Part shown: in pieces, positions 37,109 to 49,908 of the stretch | Layout of the letters: the number at the start of each line of letters is the position of its first letter | How positions within the stretch are numbered: position 1 is the stretch's first letter | Assembly (NCBI GenBank): GCA_951804945.1 | Contig: OX638149.1 | Coordinates: forward strand, 77,934,001 to 77,998,000 | DNA: 64,000 nt | Origin: Podarcis cretensis | Taxonomy: Eukaryota | Reading direction: 5' to 3' | Program-made: the position numbers and the translations under genes | The notes under the pieces: generated by a model | The model's input: only the letters and a program-made list of their open reading frames with translations | What the model was told of the DNA's origin: nothing | Database searches by the model: none

Positions 37109-38317
37109 CTGAAAAACCAAAATGGGTTAGATGAATTTACAGATAACCTAAACGATTATTATTCTCTGAACAAATGCAGTTTCTTTGTGGCCATGAGAGA
37201 CCTTCACCATTGCCAGGACTTCCTGGAAAAGTGTGCACAAAGACAGGTAAACAATATTTGGGCCCATAGACTCCAAAGCACATTGTCTCCCACAATACAG
37301 TTAATACCTTCTATTAATTTTAAGCACTGTAATTGGGATGCTTGAAGATTTTTACTGGGCTGCATTTTTAAGCACTAATACAAAGATTAGAACACAGATA
37401 GCATTCTTTTTTTTTTTGCAGTTTTCTGAATTGTGATGCATTTCTGCACTTAAAAACCATGTAAAATGTATATTTCAGGTTAGAATATGTACAAAAATGT
37501 TTATGTGCACATTTGGGGTAAACTAATCTCTCAATGAATAATTCATACCTGTTTATTAGAAGTTATACCTTAAATTTCTTACTGTACACAGCATTGCCAA
37601 CTATTATACAATTCTGTGTAGTAGTGCTCCTACTCTCTCCTGCTTGGTATTTTGCTTCATCTTATTTACTATCCTTAGTCTGTCTAGGTTCCTTTAGTTT
37701 TGATTTATTGTTGTATTATGGTATCATTGAAAATTAATATTTTTTTATGAAATGCATACAAAAGTATGTATTTTAAGGGGAAATGTATACAATATTTTGT
37801 GGGGAAAATGTATATTTGCATGTGTTTAATAATGATGATAATGATAACAACAACAATAATAATCCACTTTTTAAAAAATTCCCTCCCCGCAATAATAATC
37901 CACTTGATACAGAATCAGGATGAAACACTTATTAAGGAATACATTTGAAACTGACATGGACCAAAATTAGACTATTTATACAGCCCTAAACAACAATTAT
38001 ATAACTACACAAGCATTTCATTTAGCATTTACAGTATCTAGTGAATGACACTTCTCAGATTGCATTAAATAAAGTAGGGAACTGAAGAGATATATGAACA
38101 GGAACTTGATACGGGCCCAAGTCTGACTCTGTTAATTTAGGCTTGGTTTAGGACCCTTGCCTATCATAATAATTCCAAACTACCGAAACAAACCCATATG
38201 ATTTATGCATTTTTTTAAAAAAACATACCCTCATCCAGCTTTCTTAGATAAACCCTGATCTCACTGAGTAGATAATCTAACAGACACAAAGACTTTTGAT
38301 CATATTGGTAAACTTAC

Positions 38318-38437
38318 AGGTGGGCAGTTAAGTGGAGCGCAGGGTCTTTTGGTAGGGACAGGAATATACTGGTCCTCAACCAATTCACATTCATAAGTTG
38401 TGCAGTTGTTTCCTGGATGATGCCAAATCTCCCCAGG
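38318..38437 (-). CDS. MUC5AC: MUC5AC exon (PGEIWHHPGNNCTTYECE...CAPLNCPP)
   Basis: 120 bp, phase 0->0, GTAAGT donor. Confidence 0.93.
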
Positions 38438-39887
38438 CTGAAAAAAGTCAGAGTTATAGTTATGTTATTAGAAGCTGACACGGGATTTTTATGTCCTTCA
38501 AAGGGCTTTGATTGTATCACTAAGATAATACAGATAGGGTAAAAAAGCAAAGAAAATTTATGATAAATTTACTATAATAAGGAAAGGTCATTATGAAAAC
38601 TATGTGGGAAAGAATATAGCTTTCATATTCACAGCTAGGTTTGCTTGCCTCCACTCAGCTCTACTGAGCTACCTTTATCAAACTCTAACAGACCATGTCC
38701 TCTGCTTTTGCCATCTGTTTTCATATTACACAGTTGTGCATATTACACAGATGAAGGAAGGAAGAAACCCCATGTGGATTTGTTGATACAATTGAGTGCC
38801 TTATTTCATTGCTTCATGGTCTCTGGTTGTCTCAAATGCACAAATACACACATTCTCTCTCCATGCCTATCTTCATGACAAACTGCACTGTGAAACAGTT
38901 TGGCATCACTTTGCTAAATGTGACTTCATTGGCCTCCCTGACACAAGGATTTGACCATATATAAACCCTTTAGCTCAGGCACGTGGAGTCGGAATTCTGC
39001 CCCCAGATACTCATGACTGCGTTCTATCAAGAGAAACAGATTGTGTGATCAAATATCTGAAGGCATAGCTTGGTCACATGTGGCATCTTACTTTCAAGCA
39101 TTCTCTCTGGAGTGGGATGGGTTCAATTGGTGGATGACCACATGCTTCCCACACTTTATGGACAGGGTGGTAGGTCAGTGGCAGAGCTTCAGCCACAGAC
39201 TCAATCCCATGCATCTCCAAGTAGGGCTGAGGGAGAGCCCTGCTTGAAAATTTGGGGGGTTTTCCCCTTAAGAAGGTTGGGAGAGAACATAGGCTGAGTG
39301 GTACTGAAAAAGGAAAAGAAATTCTGGAGAGCTAGTGAGTTTAGACAGTTCTGAGCTAGACTCGGTCAGACTCGGTAGAAGGCAGTAGAAGTCTCCAGGT
39401 TCAATTGCTGGCACCTCTCAGGGATTTCAGGTTGCAAGTCTAAGACTTAGGAGAGTCCTTTCTAATCAGACTAGGCAACACTAGGCTATATTCATTAATA
39501 AAGCTACAATAAAAACTACACTTCAAATTAAAATAAGGGATTGGTATCTCCTTCACAGAATGTGGGGAGTTAACGCAACATTGGCTATATGGGCCAACCA
39601 TCTGATAGGGCAGCTTCTTTTTTCTCCCTTTTTACTATTTTTATATAGCACAAAGTTTCACAAGCCAAAAAGATTTATACTAAAGTTTTGCACTCAAAAC
39701 ATCCAATGGAGCAGAAAAAGGCAATGGTAGGAAAAGATAACTATGGGAATTTAAATGCAGATCTATTAATTATTGCTTCAGTTAATATCATTCATGGCCT
39801 CTAGTAAGCTTCCACTCCAAGCATGAGAAACACAAGTATGACAGAACATGAGATTGCATGTATGGGTATTCATAAAACATTAGCTAC

Positions 39888-39983
39888 CTTGATAACCTGA
39901 ACACTGGATCCCTCTTTTATAACACATGCTACCGCTGAGCATTTACCACAGCATTGTCCAGGGATTTCCTTGTATTCTTGGGC
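39888..39983 (-). CDS. MUC5AC: MUC5AC exon (AQEYKEIPGQCCGKCSAVACVIKEGSSVQVIK)
   Basis: 96 bp, phase 0->0, AAG|GTAGCT donor. Confidence 0.9.
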
Positions 39984-40102
39984 CTGTATATGAGAAAATA
40001 TGGAAAGAGATTCATAAGATCAAGGAGGTGAAATAGCTAGGTTTGCAGATAAATTCCTGAAAAGCCAGCTATTTACAAAAACAGTTTGTAACACTAACTT
40101 AC

Positions 40103-40225
40103 CACTGGGCAGTTTTTGTCACATGCTTGTGACACACATTCCACCGTGTTTATTTGGCTTTCTGGATCTTGCTCAACAGAACATCTGCACGTTTCACAGA
40201 GGCCTCTTGGAACAACTGCTCCAGG
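40103..40225 (-). CDS. MUC5AC: MUC5AC VWC exon (PGAVVPRGLCETCRCSVE...CDKNCPV)
   Basis: 123 bp, phase 0->0, GTAAGT donor. Confidence 0.93.
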
Positions 40226-41475
40226 CTAAAGAAGGGCAGAGGAGAAATGGTCCTAAATAATTCTAAACTGTTTTCATAAATCAGAAATATCACAAATGTA
40301 TGCAACTGGTCTTCCTCCACCAACAGAAAGCCCATTGACCCAGCATAGGCTTCCATAAGTGTCATGAGCACGGAAGTGATTCAGTGATTCTCTCCTGCTA
40401 TAGCTTCCTGCACCACCTGCCATGTTGTTCTGTGGGGTTCCCCAACCCTTTGAAGCATATTTGGGGCTTGGGAGGGGGGCAAGTGACACACTAGGAGGGG
40501 TAAAAACTGTAATTTGCTTTTCTTTCTGTTCTGCTGACAGAAGCACCCACTGGATCATAGAGCTTTCTGTCAGTGAAGGATCACCAATTGGATGCAGCTT
40601 CTTCATTTAATCTTGAGTATACAAGCTCATTTAATTCTAAGAATGCTTGAAAATGTGTGGATTGTCTTGCTTCATCTAGCTCAGGATTCTTTGAAAGAAC
40701 CACAGCAACTGGCAGGCCTCTTTTCAACTTATGAACCAAGGTGGTTTTTTCTTTCTACCGGGATGCATAAATGTTTCCATGAAAGGGGTATATTTATCTA
40801 TGGGTTGTGGAATGGATTTGGAATTGTTAATCTGGGATGAAAAAGAAATGTAGGGTTTCTAGTCCCTTCCTTTTGATCTGAACTGATAGGCAACTTATTT
40901 AAAGGGGGGGAAATTCTGCACCTTAATGCAGGATACACTGAGAATTCTCTTGGATGCTAAAGTATTTCTGTTGTGAAAGCTTATAATTCATAGTTTGAAT
41001 CAAAGGAAGATATGCAGGGTTTTTCCAGTAACATCATAACTTCTAAAAGCTTTTCATGGAGGGCTAAACACACTCACTATTAATCCACATCAATCAGAGG
41101 CACCATCTTCTGAAGCACGTTGAGGGCAAAGATGCAATGTCCTGACATTGCAAGCACAACATCACACAACATGCCGACATTGTTTCATGCCCAACTCCAC
41201 CAATATGGGGACCCGGCCCCCTCAACAAAAAGACACCGAGGGGCCCCACAGTGCCTATGACATCAACCATTTTTGTGTAGATCATTTTCTTAATAAATAA
41301 TTTTATTTTATTTTTAAAATAATGCTTTATGTATATTTCTTTTTTTATTGGTTTGTGTAATCTAGTTTTGCTTTATTCAGACGTGGACTGTTTTTGTGAG
41401 CAAGTGATTTATATGTTTACCAAACAAACAAACAAATTATTGCTTCTAGCATTCATTATTATAAAATGTACTTAC

Positions 41476-41516
41476 TTTGTAGAATATGTCTTTGTCAATA
41501 CAGCCGGGTATTTTCA
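41476..41516 (-). CDS. MUC5AC: MUC5AC micro-exon (VKIPGCIDKDIFYK)
   Basis: 41 bp, CAG acceptor, GTAAGT donor, phase 1->0; required to restore the frame. Confidence 0.87.
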
Positions 41517-41597
41517 CTGTAAAACAGAAAGGTGCAATGGAATGAATCTTAAAATTTTATTTTCAGTGATAAGAATGGAATATTGCTGTGTATGCTA

Positions 41598-41680
41598 CAG
41601 AGTATGCATTTTAAATGCATTCTCAGAGTATGCATTTTAAAACACATTCTCAGAGTATGCATTTTAAAACACATTCTCAG
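41598..41680. repeat. Three tandem copies of a ~27-bp unit CAGAGTATGCATTTTAAAACACATTCT
   Basis: Read directly. Confidence 0.9.
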
Positions 41681-42687
41681 CCACAGGCTCAAATAATTCT
41701 GGAAATGGTAATTTGCCAAGGATTCTGGGAATTGTAGCTCTGTGAGAGGTAAACTAATGTTACCAGGATATATAGTGTGTCCAGAACCTTTGAAGGCAAA
41801 CAAGGAAGTACCAATATAGCTGTGATTCAAATGGTTTCTTGATGAGTGTGCAATGGGTTCTTCCTGTAGAGTTGTTTGAGGAATTCAGTCTTTTAGGAAG
41901 TCCAATACAAACTAACCTGATGTGCACCACTCATACTAATGCACAGATCAGAATTTAACTATCCACCAGATTTCAAACTTCACTGAAAGCCACAATGCAG
42001 TTCTCAGTAATTTGAATATTTCAAAAGATACATTTAAATACGGTACATATTTTGAGAGAAATATATATCCTAAATAATATATGGTTTGGGGGAAAATTTG
42101 TTTAGTAAATGTAAGCAGGTATTTAAATTTGAACATTCATGGTGATTTCATCTGCAAATGCAGGTCAGCATGGAAATGGGATGGTATGGGTTTATGGGTA
42201 CACACATGTGAAAGTGATGTGGACAGGAAGTGGATGGGTCCACCCTAATGTCTACTCCTAGTAACCATGCCAGGATCAAGTACACAAGCAGTAAGGATTC
42301 AGCTTGAGGTTCTGCAAACCCTGCCTTATGCAGGTTTGAAGAAATGTGTGTATATGTTACAAAATATCCTCTCCCAAAAGATAATCTTACAAAATACCCC
42401 TATTGCAAAAGAAGCCCCAACGAAACTGGGACTTGCCAGCAGCAGCTTAATTGACCAGCTTCTCAGCAGATATGAGATATATAACAAATTAAGCATTTGC
42501 TTCTTCAGAACAATTTCAGGATTCTTGCAACAGGAAATAAAAACAGTTGAAGAGGCAAAATGGCCACTGGAATGCCAGCTCATAGCATGGGAGGGTGGGG
42601 AGTTGAAGAGAGAGAGGAAGAGAGAGGGAAGGGGGAGGGGAGAGAAGTTTCAAATACTCCTGAGAAATGTCATGTTTCAGTTCTTAC

Positions 42688-42792
42688 CACAAGTGGCTTT
42701 AATGCAGCAATCTCCTGGCAGCTTTTGTTGTTTTAATTCATATCCTACTGGACAGGTCTCAACGGATTCAGGACAGTAACTAGTGTTGCATA
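42688..42792 (-). CDS. MUC5AC: MUC5AC exon (VCNTSYCPESVETCPVGYELKQQKLPGDCCIKATC)
   Basis: 105 bp, phase 1->1, GTAAGA donor. Confidence 0.92.
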
Positions 42793-43419
42793 CTATATAA
42801 GACAAAAAAAAAAAGCCATAAAAGAAAGTCAGTATATTTTCATTAGAACAAGAACATACAGGGCATTTTTCAACACTCCAGTTATGTCCAGAGAAACATC
42901 TGCTTCCATTATAACAAGAACATTATAACAAGAACAAGAATGTCTGAAGAAGAGGTGTGAATCTCTACAGGATGTTTTCAGGCTCCAACTCCTAGCCCCT
43001 GTGGCCAATGGAGATGCAGTCTAATAACAGCTGGAGGGCCACAGGTTGCCCAACTCTGCCCACCAGCACTCATGTAGTATGGATAGATTAACCACTATGC
43101 CACATGATTTGTGGCACAGGGCTTCAGTCCAATTGTAAGACCTCCTGTGGTGTAACTAATGGGAATTTACCTAAGTGGAAAAGGTACTCATTTGGAAGTG
43201 GTTGCTTTGAGCTATTCACAATGGATTGCAACCGATATTGCAGAAGCAGAAGGAAATTAAGCATAATGGACCTTTCCCTTTTGCCTCCTCCCTCTTCAAT
43301 CCCCTGTACCCACACAAGCCTCTTAAGCCAACAGGCTGAGAAGTGATAGCCTCTTCTACTAGACAGCATGGGATATGTGGGGTAGTCACCTTGAAACTCA
43401 CCAGGGGGAAAGGACAGGG

Positions 43420-43453
43420 TATGTATGTATGTATGTATGTATGTATGTATGTA
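43420..43453. repeat. (TATG)n microsatellite
   Basis: Read directly. Confidence 0.95.
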
Positions 43454-43764
43454 TAAAGAAGATTATGTCATTTGCAGTTTCAGTAGGAGGAAAGACTCAC
43501 CCAAAAATGGGCAGAGAAAACTAACATTGGTACAAGATTTCTCCAACTGATTCTGGGCATTTCCACCCTCTCACTCAGATAACATTTCCCATAGTATTTA
43601 GCAGTCCCCCCACCATCAGCCCCGGAAAAAGGCTTTTTAGGAGGATGCAGGAGGTAGAAAGGAAGGGAAAGGGAAGATCGGTCGTGTGAGCTGTCTTCCG
43701 CTCATGCAGCACCGGATTGAAGCATGATATATTTTGTTTCAAACAGGCAAGAGATTGTACTTAC

Positions 43765-43942
43765 CACATTTCATCTGAGGACAGCATTTATCTTCAGGTG
43801 TTGTGACACTGACAGGCACAAAGCCTTCAAATTCACAGTGTTCTGGGACAGGTGTTGCACATATCTTTGGTGTACACTGCACTTTAAGAGTATATTTTTC
43901 ACAAGTACACTCCTGGCAGTTGCTGATCCAGCTTGCTCCAGG
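43765..43942 (-). CDS. MUC5AC: MUC5AC VWC-like exon (PGASWISNCQECTC...DKCCPQMKC)
   Basis: 178 bp, phase 0->1, GTAAGT donor. Confidence 0.94.
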
Positions 43943-44392
43943 CTGCAAAAAAAAATTTTAAAAATTGTATTTAAAAGAAAATAAGATACATCATCCCTAA
44001 ATTTGCCTTGTCAGAGATCATGTCAGAAAGAGTGCCATCAACATATATCAAGGCTGTAAATACTTAGCTGAATAATCAGTTTAATTACTTACTCAATTAT
44101 TTTTTTACAAAAAGGGTGCCTCCAATTAATCGGCTGATTAAAGCCATAATAATTACTGTACAATCGGGGGGGGGGATGACAGGACCATAGATGCATCTTA
44201 AAAGAGGCACTCTGTACTGGGTGAGACCCCTCACCTTCTGTTCTACTCAATTCACTACATCATAGTTGTAGCGCCCCCTAGGCTTGGCACCCAGCCCAGG
44301 GGAACCAGTTGTGCTGCCCTGAATTGGCCTCTGCTCCCAACACCTTCTGAGGTGACCCATCCACATTTCATGAAGTACATATTTTTAGTTAC

Positions 44393-44424
44393 CTCTTTGG
44401 GCATCCCGTCTGGTCCAGTACAAC
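44393..44424 (-). CDS. MUC5AC: MUC5AC micro-exon (GCTGPDGMPKE)
   Basis: 32 bp, phase 1->0, GTAACT donor. Confidence 0.9.
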
Positions 44425-45213
44425 CTGAAAGAAATGTAATAACAGAGATTTTTTGCACTGCTGTTCCTCAAGAGTCCTGGAGCAAATTTAGCTACCTGAG
44501 CAAACAGGCCACAGCGCCATCTGGCATTGTTATCTGGGTCAAAGTGCAATGGAAAGCTGCTGGGACTGTGAGGTGCTGCCGAGACTGAACTGTACCAGAA
44601 AGAACAACAAAAGTTCTTGTGGTGCCTTAAAGACTAAACAACTCTGTGGGAGGAATTCAACATAGTGCTAGTTAAGTCAGCATAAGCATTTCTTGACTCC
44701 TTCAGAGCCAGATGCAGGGTTGCATGGAGGGAGGAGAAACAGGGAATGCCTTGCTGCATTGGTGGAAGATCTTGTGCAGGCTTCTGCTAGCATGGCTCAT
44801 TCGTTGAATCCTGCCTGTCATTTATAATTATTTAAGCTGCTGCAAGATTCTTCGGCTATTTTTGTTGCAACAGACTAACATGACTATCCCTCTAGAAGTT
44901 GTGGGCATGAAAGCCAGGGATGTCATCTTTGAAGGATACATGGAAATTCCTCATTGTATCAAGACTCCATTTCCTTCTGAAACTCGTGCAAGGTGACCAC
45001 TGATCACATAGCATTCTCTTGAGTGATTATTACTGCTTCTTGAGTTACTCCTGTTGTTTCTGGAAATCACTTTCTCTTGGGTTTCTAAGGGTGCTTCTGT
45101 CTCCCTGCTGAGGCTACCTAGATTAGGCTGACCTGAATTGCAGCTGAGGAACCCTCCATATAGTGTTGCTGTAGTGTGGTACTCTCTCCTGTCCTTGAAA
45201 CAAAAATACTCAC

Positions 45214-45317
45214 CACACTGTTGTACACAGATATCATTGTAGGAGTTGAAGAGCTTGGTTCCAGGAGCACAGAAGCAACCTTCAACTATGCCAGTGCCAT
45301 TATGCTGACTAGCCCTG
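45214..45317 (-). CDS. MUC5AC: MUC5AC TIL exon (ASQHNGTGIVEGCFCAPGTKLFNSYNDICVQQC); tandem CAGCAG acceptor, start at 45317 or 45314
   Basis: Phase 2->1, GTGAGT donor; EGCFC motif. Confidence 0.92.
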
Positions 45318-45518
45318 CTGCAGAAAGAAAGCATGGGTTACGGTCATACAGCACCCTTTTGCATTGTGAAAATTCAGTCTATGCCTTGAATCATCAGCAC
45401 GGTTAAGAGCGTGATGACTCTGAACTGAGTTCAAATCCAGCATGCTATTGACTACATAACACTGGCTCCAACAACTGGAGTGAAACAGACCTAAACAGAG
45501 ATTCCGTTCTTTCCTTAC

Positions 45519-45588
45519 CTATTATCACATGTGGGAGGGTTGATAGGGCCACATGGGTCATATACTTTGCCTTCAGGACAGCTGTATG
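45519..45588 (-). CDS. MUC5AC: MUC5AC TIL exon (YSCPEGKVYDPCGPINPPTCDN)
   Basis: 70 bp, phase 1->2, GTAAGG donor. Confidence 0.92.
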
Positions 45589-46166
45589 CTAAACATGGTG
45601 AGAAAAATAAACCAAGGTGAACATAAAGACATACTTTGATACACTTTACATTTACAGCTACTGCAACTACAGTATGACTTTCCCCACACTCTTTCTCTCC
45701 TTTTACTGGTAGTTAATGGCATGGGAGGGTCTCTTTGTTAAAAAGAAGCAAACAGAAACCAACACCCTAAAATTCTAGCCACATTTCAACATGTTTAGTT
45801 GCCATATATTCTGCTTCTATTCATATAATTGTTTTTATTAGATATGCTTCCTGTGAACATGATGGCACATTCCTGTGATCCTAAAGACAGAACACTATAC
45901 TTAAATGAACCAGAAGGGCCCAGACTCTAGATCTCATTTGGACATCTGCCCTCTTAAAGCCTCAGTAAATGTATAGCTGAAGAGGTTCTCAAAGGCTGAG
46001 AATGTCCTCTCATCTTTCTGTATTTTAGTCATTAAACTACAATTCCCTAAGATGGATCTATTTACAAAAATAAAACTGACACATGCAAAGTATTTAATGA
46101 ACAAGGCTCCCATGGCTGTATAATTTGTGGAGAAACTGTGGCATTGATTAACACTCCAGTACTTAC

Positions 46167-46345
46167 GGCATGAACCATTAGTCTTCGCTCTCCAGTCAAT
46201 GCAAACACCTTTAGAGGCACAGAGTGAAGCATATATCTCTAAGCCTGAACACTGCATGGTGGTATTGACTATGTGGCAAGAATCAAAGGAGCAACCTTGG
46301 TGGAAGGGCTTTGGAGGTATGATTTGATGGCAATCAGAGAAGACT
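46167..46345 (-). CDS. MUC5AC: MUC5AC C8 domain exon (VFSDCHQIIPP...CIDWRAKTNGSC)
   Basis: 179 bp, phase 2->1, GTAAGT donor. Confidence 0.94.
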
Positions 46346-46765
46346 CTGTAAAAAAAAAATCACAAAGACATGATAATCAGGGAAGACTCCGTAAAAGATA
46401 TCATAAACACTTGACATGAACATACATTTTTGAATATGACTATTTTCACTTCTGGGATTTGAAGAGCTGGAAAACAGGATTTTTAAAAAAGGTTTCTCAG
46501 GACTGAATGTTCATCATGGTATAGAATTTCACGCACATGAAATTCAGCTTTCACTAATTTCAATTATATTCACAACAGAATTGTAGCTTTCTGGAAGAAA
46601 GATGTGGTATGGTGCAAAACAAGTCTGCTTTAAATGCACAGCAAATGAGTTGATTGCATCAAAGGTCTCCCAGGAGCCTTTAAAAAAAAGGGTTGTCGCA
46701 AACTAACTTTCAAACAAAGTTTCACAAGCCAAATTTCCAATAACAGCAACAAGAATATTATAACT

Positions 46766-46862
46766 TAGGGTTGCCATACACCCGGAATTTCCCGGATATA
46801 GCTGGGATTCGGTCAACAACATTTGTATCCAAATTTTCACATTTTGAAATATGGCAACCCTA
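46766..46862. mobile_element. hAT MITE with TIR TAGGGTTGCCATA and exact 8-bp TSD TTATAACT
   Basis: TIRs and TSD read directly. Confidence 0.88.
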
Positions 46863-47207
46863 TTATAACTGTAAATTGATTTTTTCAGTGAATTTGTGGG
46901 TTTGATATGCAGGCTTGAAGAAATGTGAAGCTAGATGTGTTAAGACACCTTCCGCCCCGCAGACCTTTATAGTAAGAGGTAGGGCTGTCTAGAACTTGAG
47001 CTAAAGGGCCTTTTATATAGCTGTGCTCTTGTACAGAGAAATCCTATGCATGTTGGCTCAGAACTACATCCCACTCTATTCAGTAGAGCTGACCCCGAGA
47101 AAGTTGTGCATCAGACTTTAACATTATTTCCCCTTCTCCTTCCATAGGATACTTTTATTATATTATCTAAGCAGGAAAGCATACATTAGAACAATTTTCC
47201 AACGTAC

Positions 47208-47403
47208 TCGCTCAGAATTATATCGCAAACAGGGGAAGGTTTGCAAGGTACTGCTGGTGTTGGTGTGACAGGAAGTACTGTTTTGTTTTTGCAGTAGTTC
47301 TTCTTCTCATCATCGACTTTCCAATGGGGAGCCATGTAGGGACAACTAGTTATCTCGCCAGTTGGTAAGCGACATTCATCTTTTCTGTCATTTGTACAGG
47401 TAC
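47208..47403 (-). CDS. MUC5AC: MUC5AC exon (GTCTNDRKDECRLP...PCKPSPVCDIILS)
   Basis: 196 bp, phase 1->2, GTACGT donor. Confidence 0.93.
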
Positions 47404-47852
47404 CTGGGGGAAAACAAAACAGAATCAGAACAGAACTGAAGGTAGAGAGCTTTATATATTTGCAACAAACTACGCAGTGTTTTGCATTCAGTGTGATGCT
47501 AGAATCACTGAAATACATAACATTTAAATCATGCTATTGATTGAAGAAACATTCTCCTTTCTTTTGAAGCAAATGTTGTGCTATTCCATTCTGAGTTTTC
47601 TCCTTCTCAAAATTTTCAGCAGTATCCAGGATACCTGGCATCCAGGATTTGGGGGGAAATAAATGAGATTTTGAGGAGGAGGGGCAGTCAAACAGAGAAA
47701 CCAAGGTGCTTTTTGAAAACAACAAAAGTGAAACTAAAATGAAAAACATGGTTCTGACTTAACTTTAAATTGGTAATTGGTTCCAAAGAGTGAACCAATG
47801 GTTGACAGAACAACATGGATTTTCATGGGAGTAAAGCATTATTTTCCCTTAC

Positions 47853-48036
47853 CACACTGTCCTTCGGTGTTGTTGCCAAATTTGCTATATGGAAGTTTTA
47901 TTGAGAAGATCAAACCGCTGAAGGTGATGACAGCCCCAAGCTCAGGAATCTCAACTACCATGTTGACACCAACCATGGAGACAAAAATGCCATCTTTCTG
48001 GAAGCCTGGGTTGACAATCTTACCATCGAAGTAGAT
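47853..48036 (-). CDS. MUC5AC: MUC5AC VWD4 exon (IYFDGKIVNPGFQKDGI...FGNNTEGQC)
   Basis: 184 bp, phase 0->1, GTAAGG donor. Confidence 0.95.
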
Positions 48037-48978
48037 CTGTAAATGAGATTAATGTTGCAACAATGAGGAATTATCTTTGCTTTGCTATGCTTTTTTAAAA
48101 AGTAATTTATCTACTTTTGTAGATATGTTGTTAAATTATTTATTATGGAATTTATATTCCACTTGCTCTACAAAAATAAACTTAAAGTATATGAATTGAA
48201 TCTACACAAACAGCACTTCTGCATCCACATAAGATGTTTGACAATTTCCCCTTCTTGTGATAGCCTACTGTGTCTCAAGGAATACCACTGCACAGGGTCC
48301 CCTGAATATCTAAGAAGGAAAAGAGGAGTGTGATTGTGTTAGGAATTGTGAGACTGAAAATCACTTTGAATCCCAGTCTTGCTGTGCTATTTAATATGTA
48401 CAATGCTGCTTTTCACTGCTGACACACAGTTCAGATTTTTGTTCACAAAACGTGTTGTTCACATTTTATCTGACTCCTTGTGTCCCTAAACTAATCTAAT
48501 GTAAGTGAGTTGACTTGCACATAGCCTTTTTACAGTTGGCCATAAGTAATCTAGGAGAGATTTCACTCTGTTGAAGATCAATAACATTTTCTAATAAGAA
48601 TGAGACAGCAATGTTTTAACTTCAGAAATCTACATTTCTGATCTTGCAGTAAATTTCTGATTTCTCAGATGGGGGTAGAAATATAGGACAGGCTTACCCA
48701 TGCATGTTCATCATCTGAAGACTCAGTCCTCATGTAACCCAGGGACTATAACCCCCATCAACCTCAGGCAGGACCAGATGAGTGAAGGCTGCTATACAGT
48801 ACACCTACTGAAAATTCTAAAACATAGCTAATCATTTTCTCTTGAGTGTGGGCTTTGTCTTGGGTTTCCCTTTACTCACTAAAGTAAATATGCCTAGCTC
48901 CTTCAGTCCTGTTGCATTTTCTATAAAATAATACATCAAAAGAAGCAATTCAAGTAGTGTACATATTTTTTTTTTTAC

Positions 48979-49229
48979 CTTGTTAGCTTCCACACCATCA
49001 AAGAGTTTGCGGGTTAGCACTACCACTGAAGTTTTGTAGTAAACAATGATAGACTGAGGGCATGAAAGTCCATCTTCAGCATCACAGAAGTAATTATCAA
49101 TTAGAATCCTGAAGTTGTCGTATTTAGGTGTAATCTGCTGCACCAACACATATGTGCAGTTGTCCAGGAAAGTGTAGTACGTTCCATCAAATGTGATATA
49201 GTGAGGATCACCCCAGCCGCTACAAACAC
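48979..49229 (-). CDS. MUC5AC: MUC5AC VWD4 exon containing the GDPH autocleavage motif (49201-49212)
   Basis: 251 bp, phase 1->0; [31 protein letters not shown]...[14 protein letters not shown]. Confidence 0.96.
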
Positions 49230-49378
49230 CTGATAAATTAGAGGGGGAGATGTTAACCATTAGGACTTAAGTTAAGGAAAAGCATAAACAATGACTCAAA
49301 CAAGAGTATGTTTGAGGTAATGTTTGCACCATGAAAACGGAGTCATGAGTGCTTCTTTAGAGATTTATTTTCACTCAC

Positions 49379-49550
49379 ATTCGCATTCATAGTGATAACA
49401 GCAGCCATCTTCATTGAAGACTTTGATTGGTGGGTACCCATTTTCACAAACAATATTCCTCACTGGTGGACACTGTACTTGCTTTACAGAAATTTTATTG
49501 TTTCCCTCACAAGTTGATACGGTGCAGTTCGATACCCATTTGTCGCCAGT
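49379..49550 (-). CDS. MUC5AC: MUC5AC exon (TGDKWVSNCTVSTCEG...GCCYHYECE)
   Basis: CAG acceptor, GTGAGT donor; 172 bp, phase 0->1. Confidence 0.93.
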
Positions 49551-49776
49551 CTGTGAAGAGAAAGACATTGTTGCCACTGACACATAAAGTTAGGCCCAGC
49601 TAAGCTTTATGTACAGTTTTATATATAACTGATAGGCACTTCTTCTTTGGTTCCTGCTTATTTATACTATTTATACATGTACAAGTGAATGCATCCTACT
49701 TCAGAAATCTCCTGGTATCTAGTTTTCTTCAGCACCAACCAATCAGAGGTTAACCATAGAAGCTTTGCATCTACAT

Positions 49777-49908
49777 CAAGGATGGGGAACCTGTGGCTCT
49801 CAAGATGTTGCTGGACTCCATCTCCCATCAGCTAGCATGGTCAATGGTCAGGGATGGTTGCAGTTGTAGCCCAATAGAATCTGGAGGGCTAAAGGTCTCC
49901 AGCACTTG
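49777..49908. mobile_element. Degenerate hAT-type MITE
   Basis: GGGGAACCTGTGGCTCTCAAGATGTTG...CTGGAGGGC arms, as in the other copies. Confidence 0.55.

Noticed and set aside
41598-41680. CRISPR-like ~27-bp repeats
   Set aside because: Head-to-tail with no spacers, in vertebrate DNA; an ordinary minisatellite.
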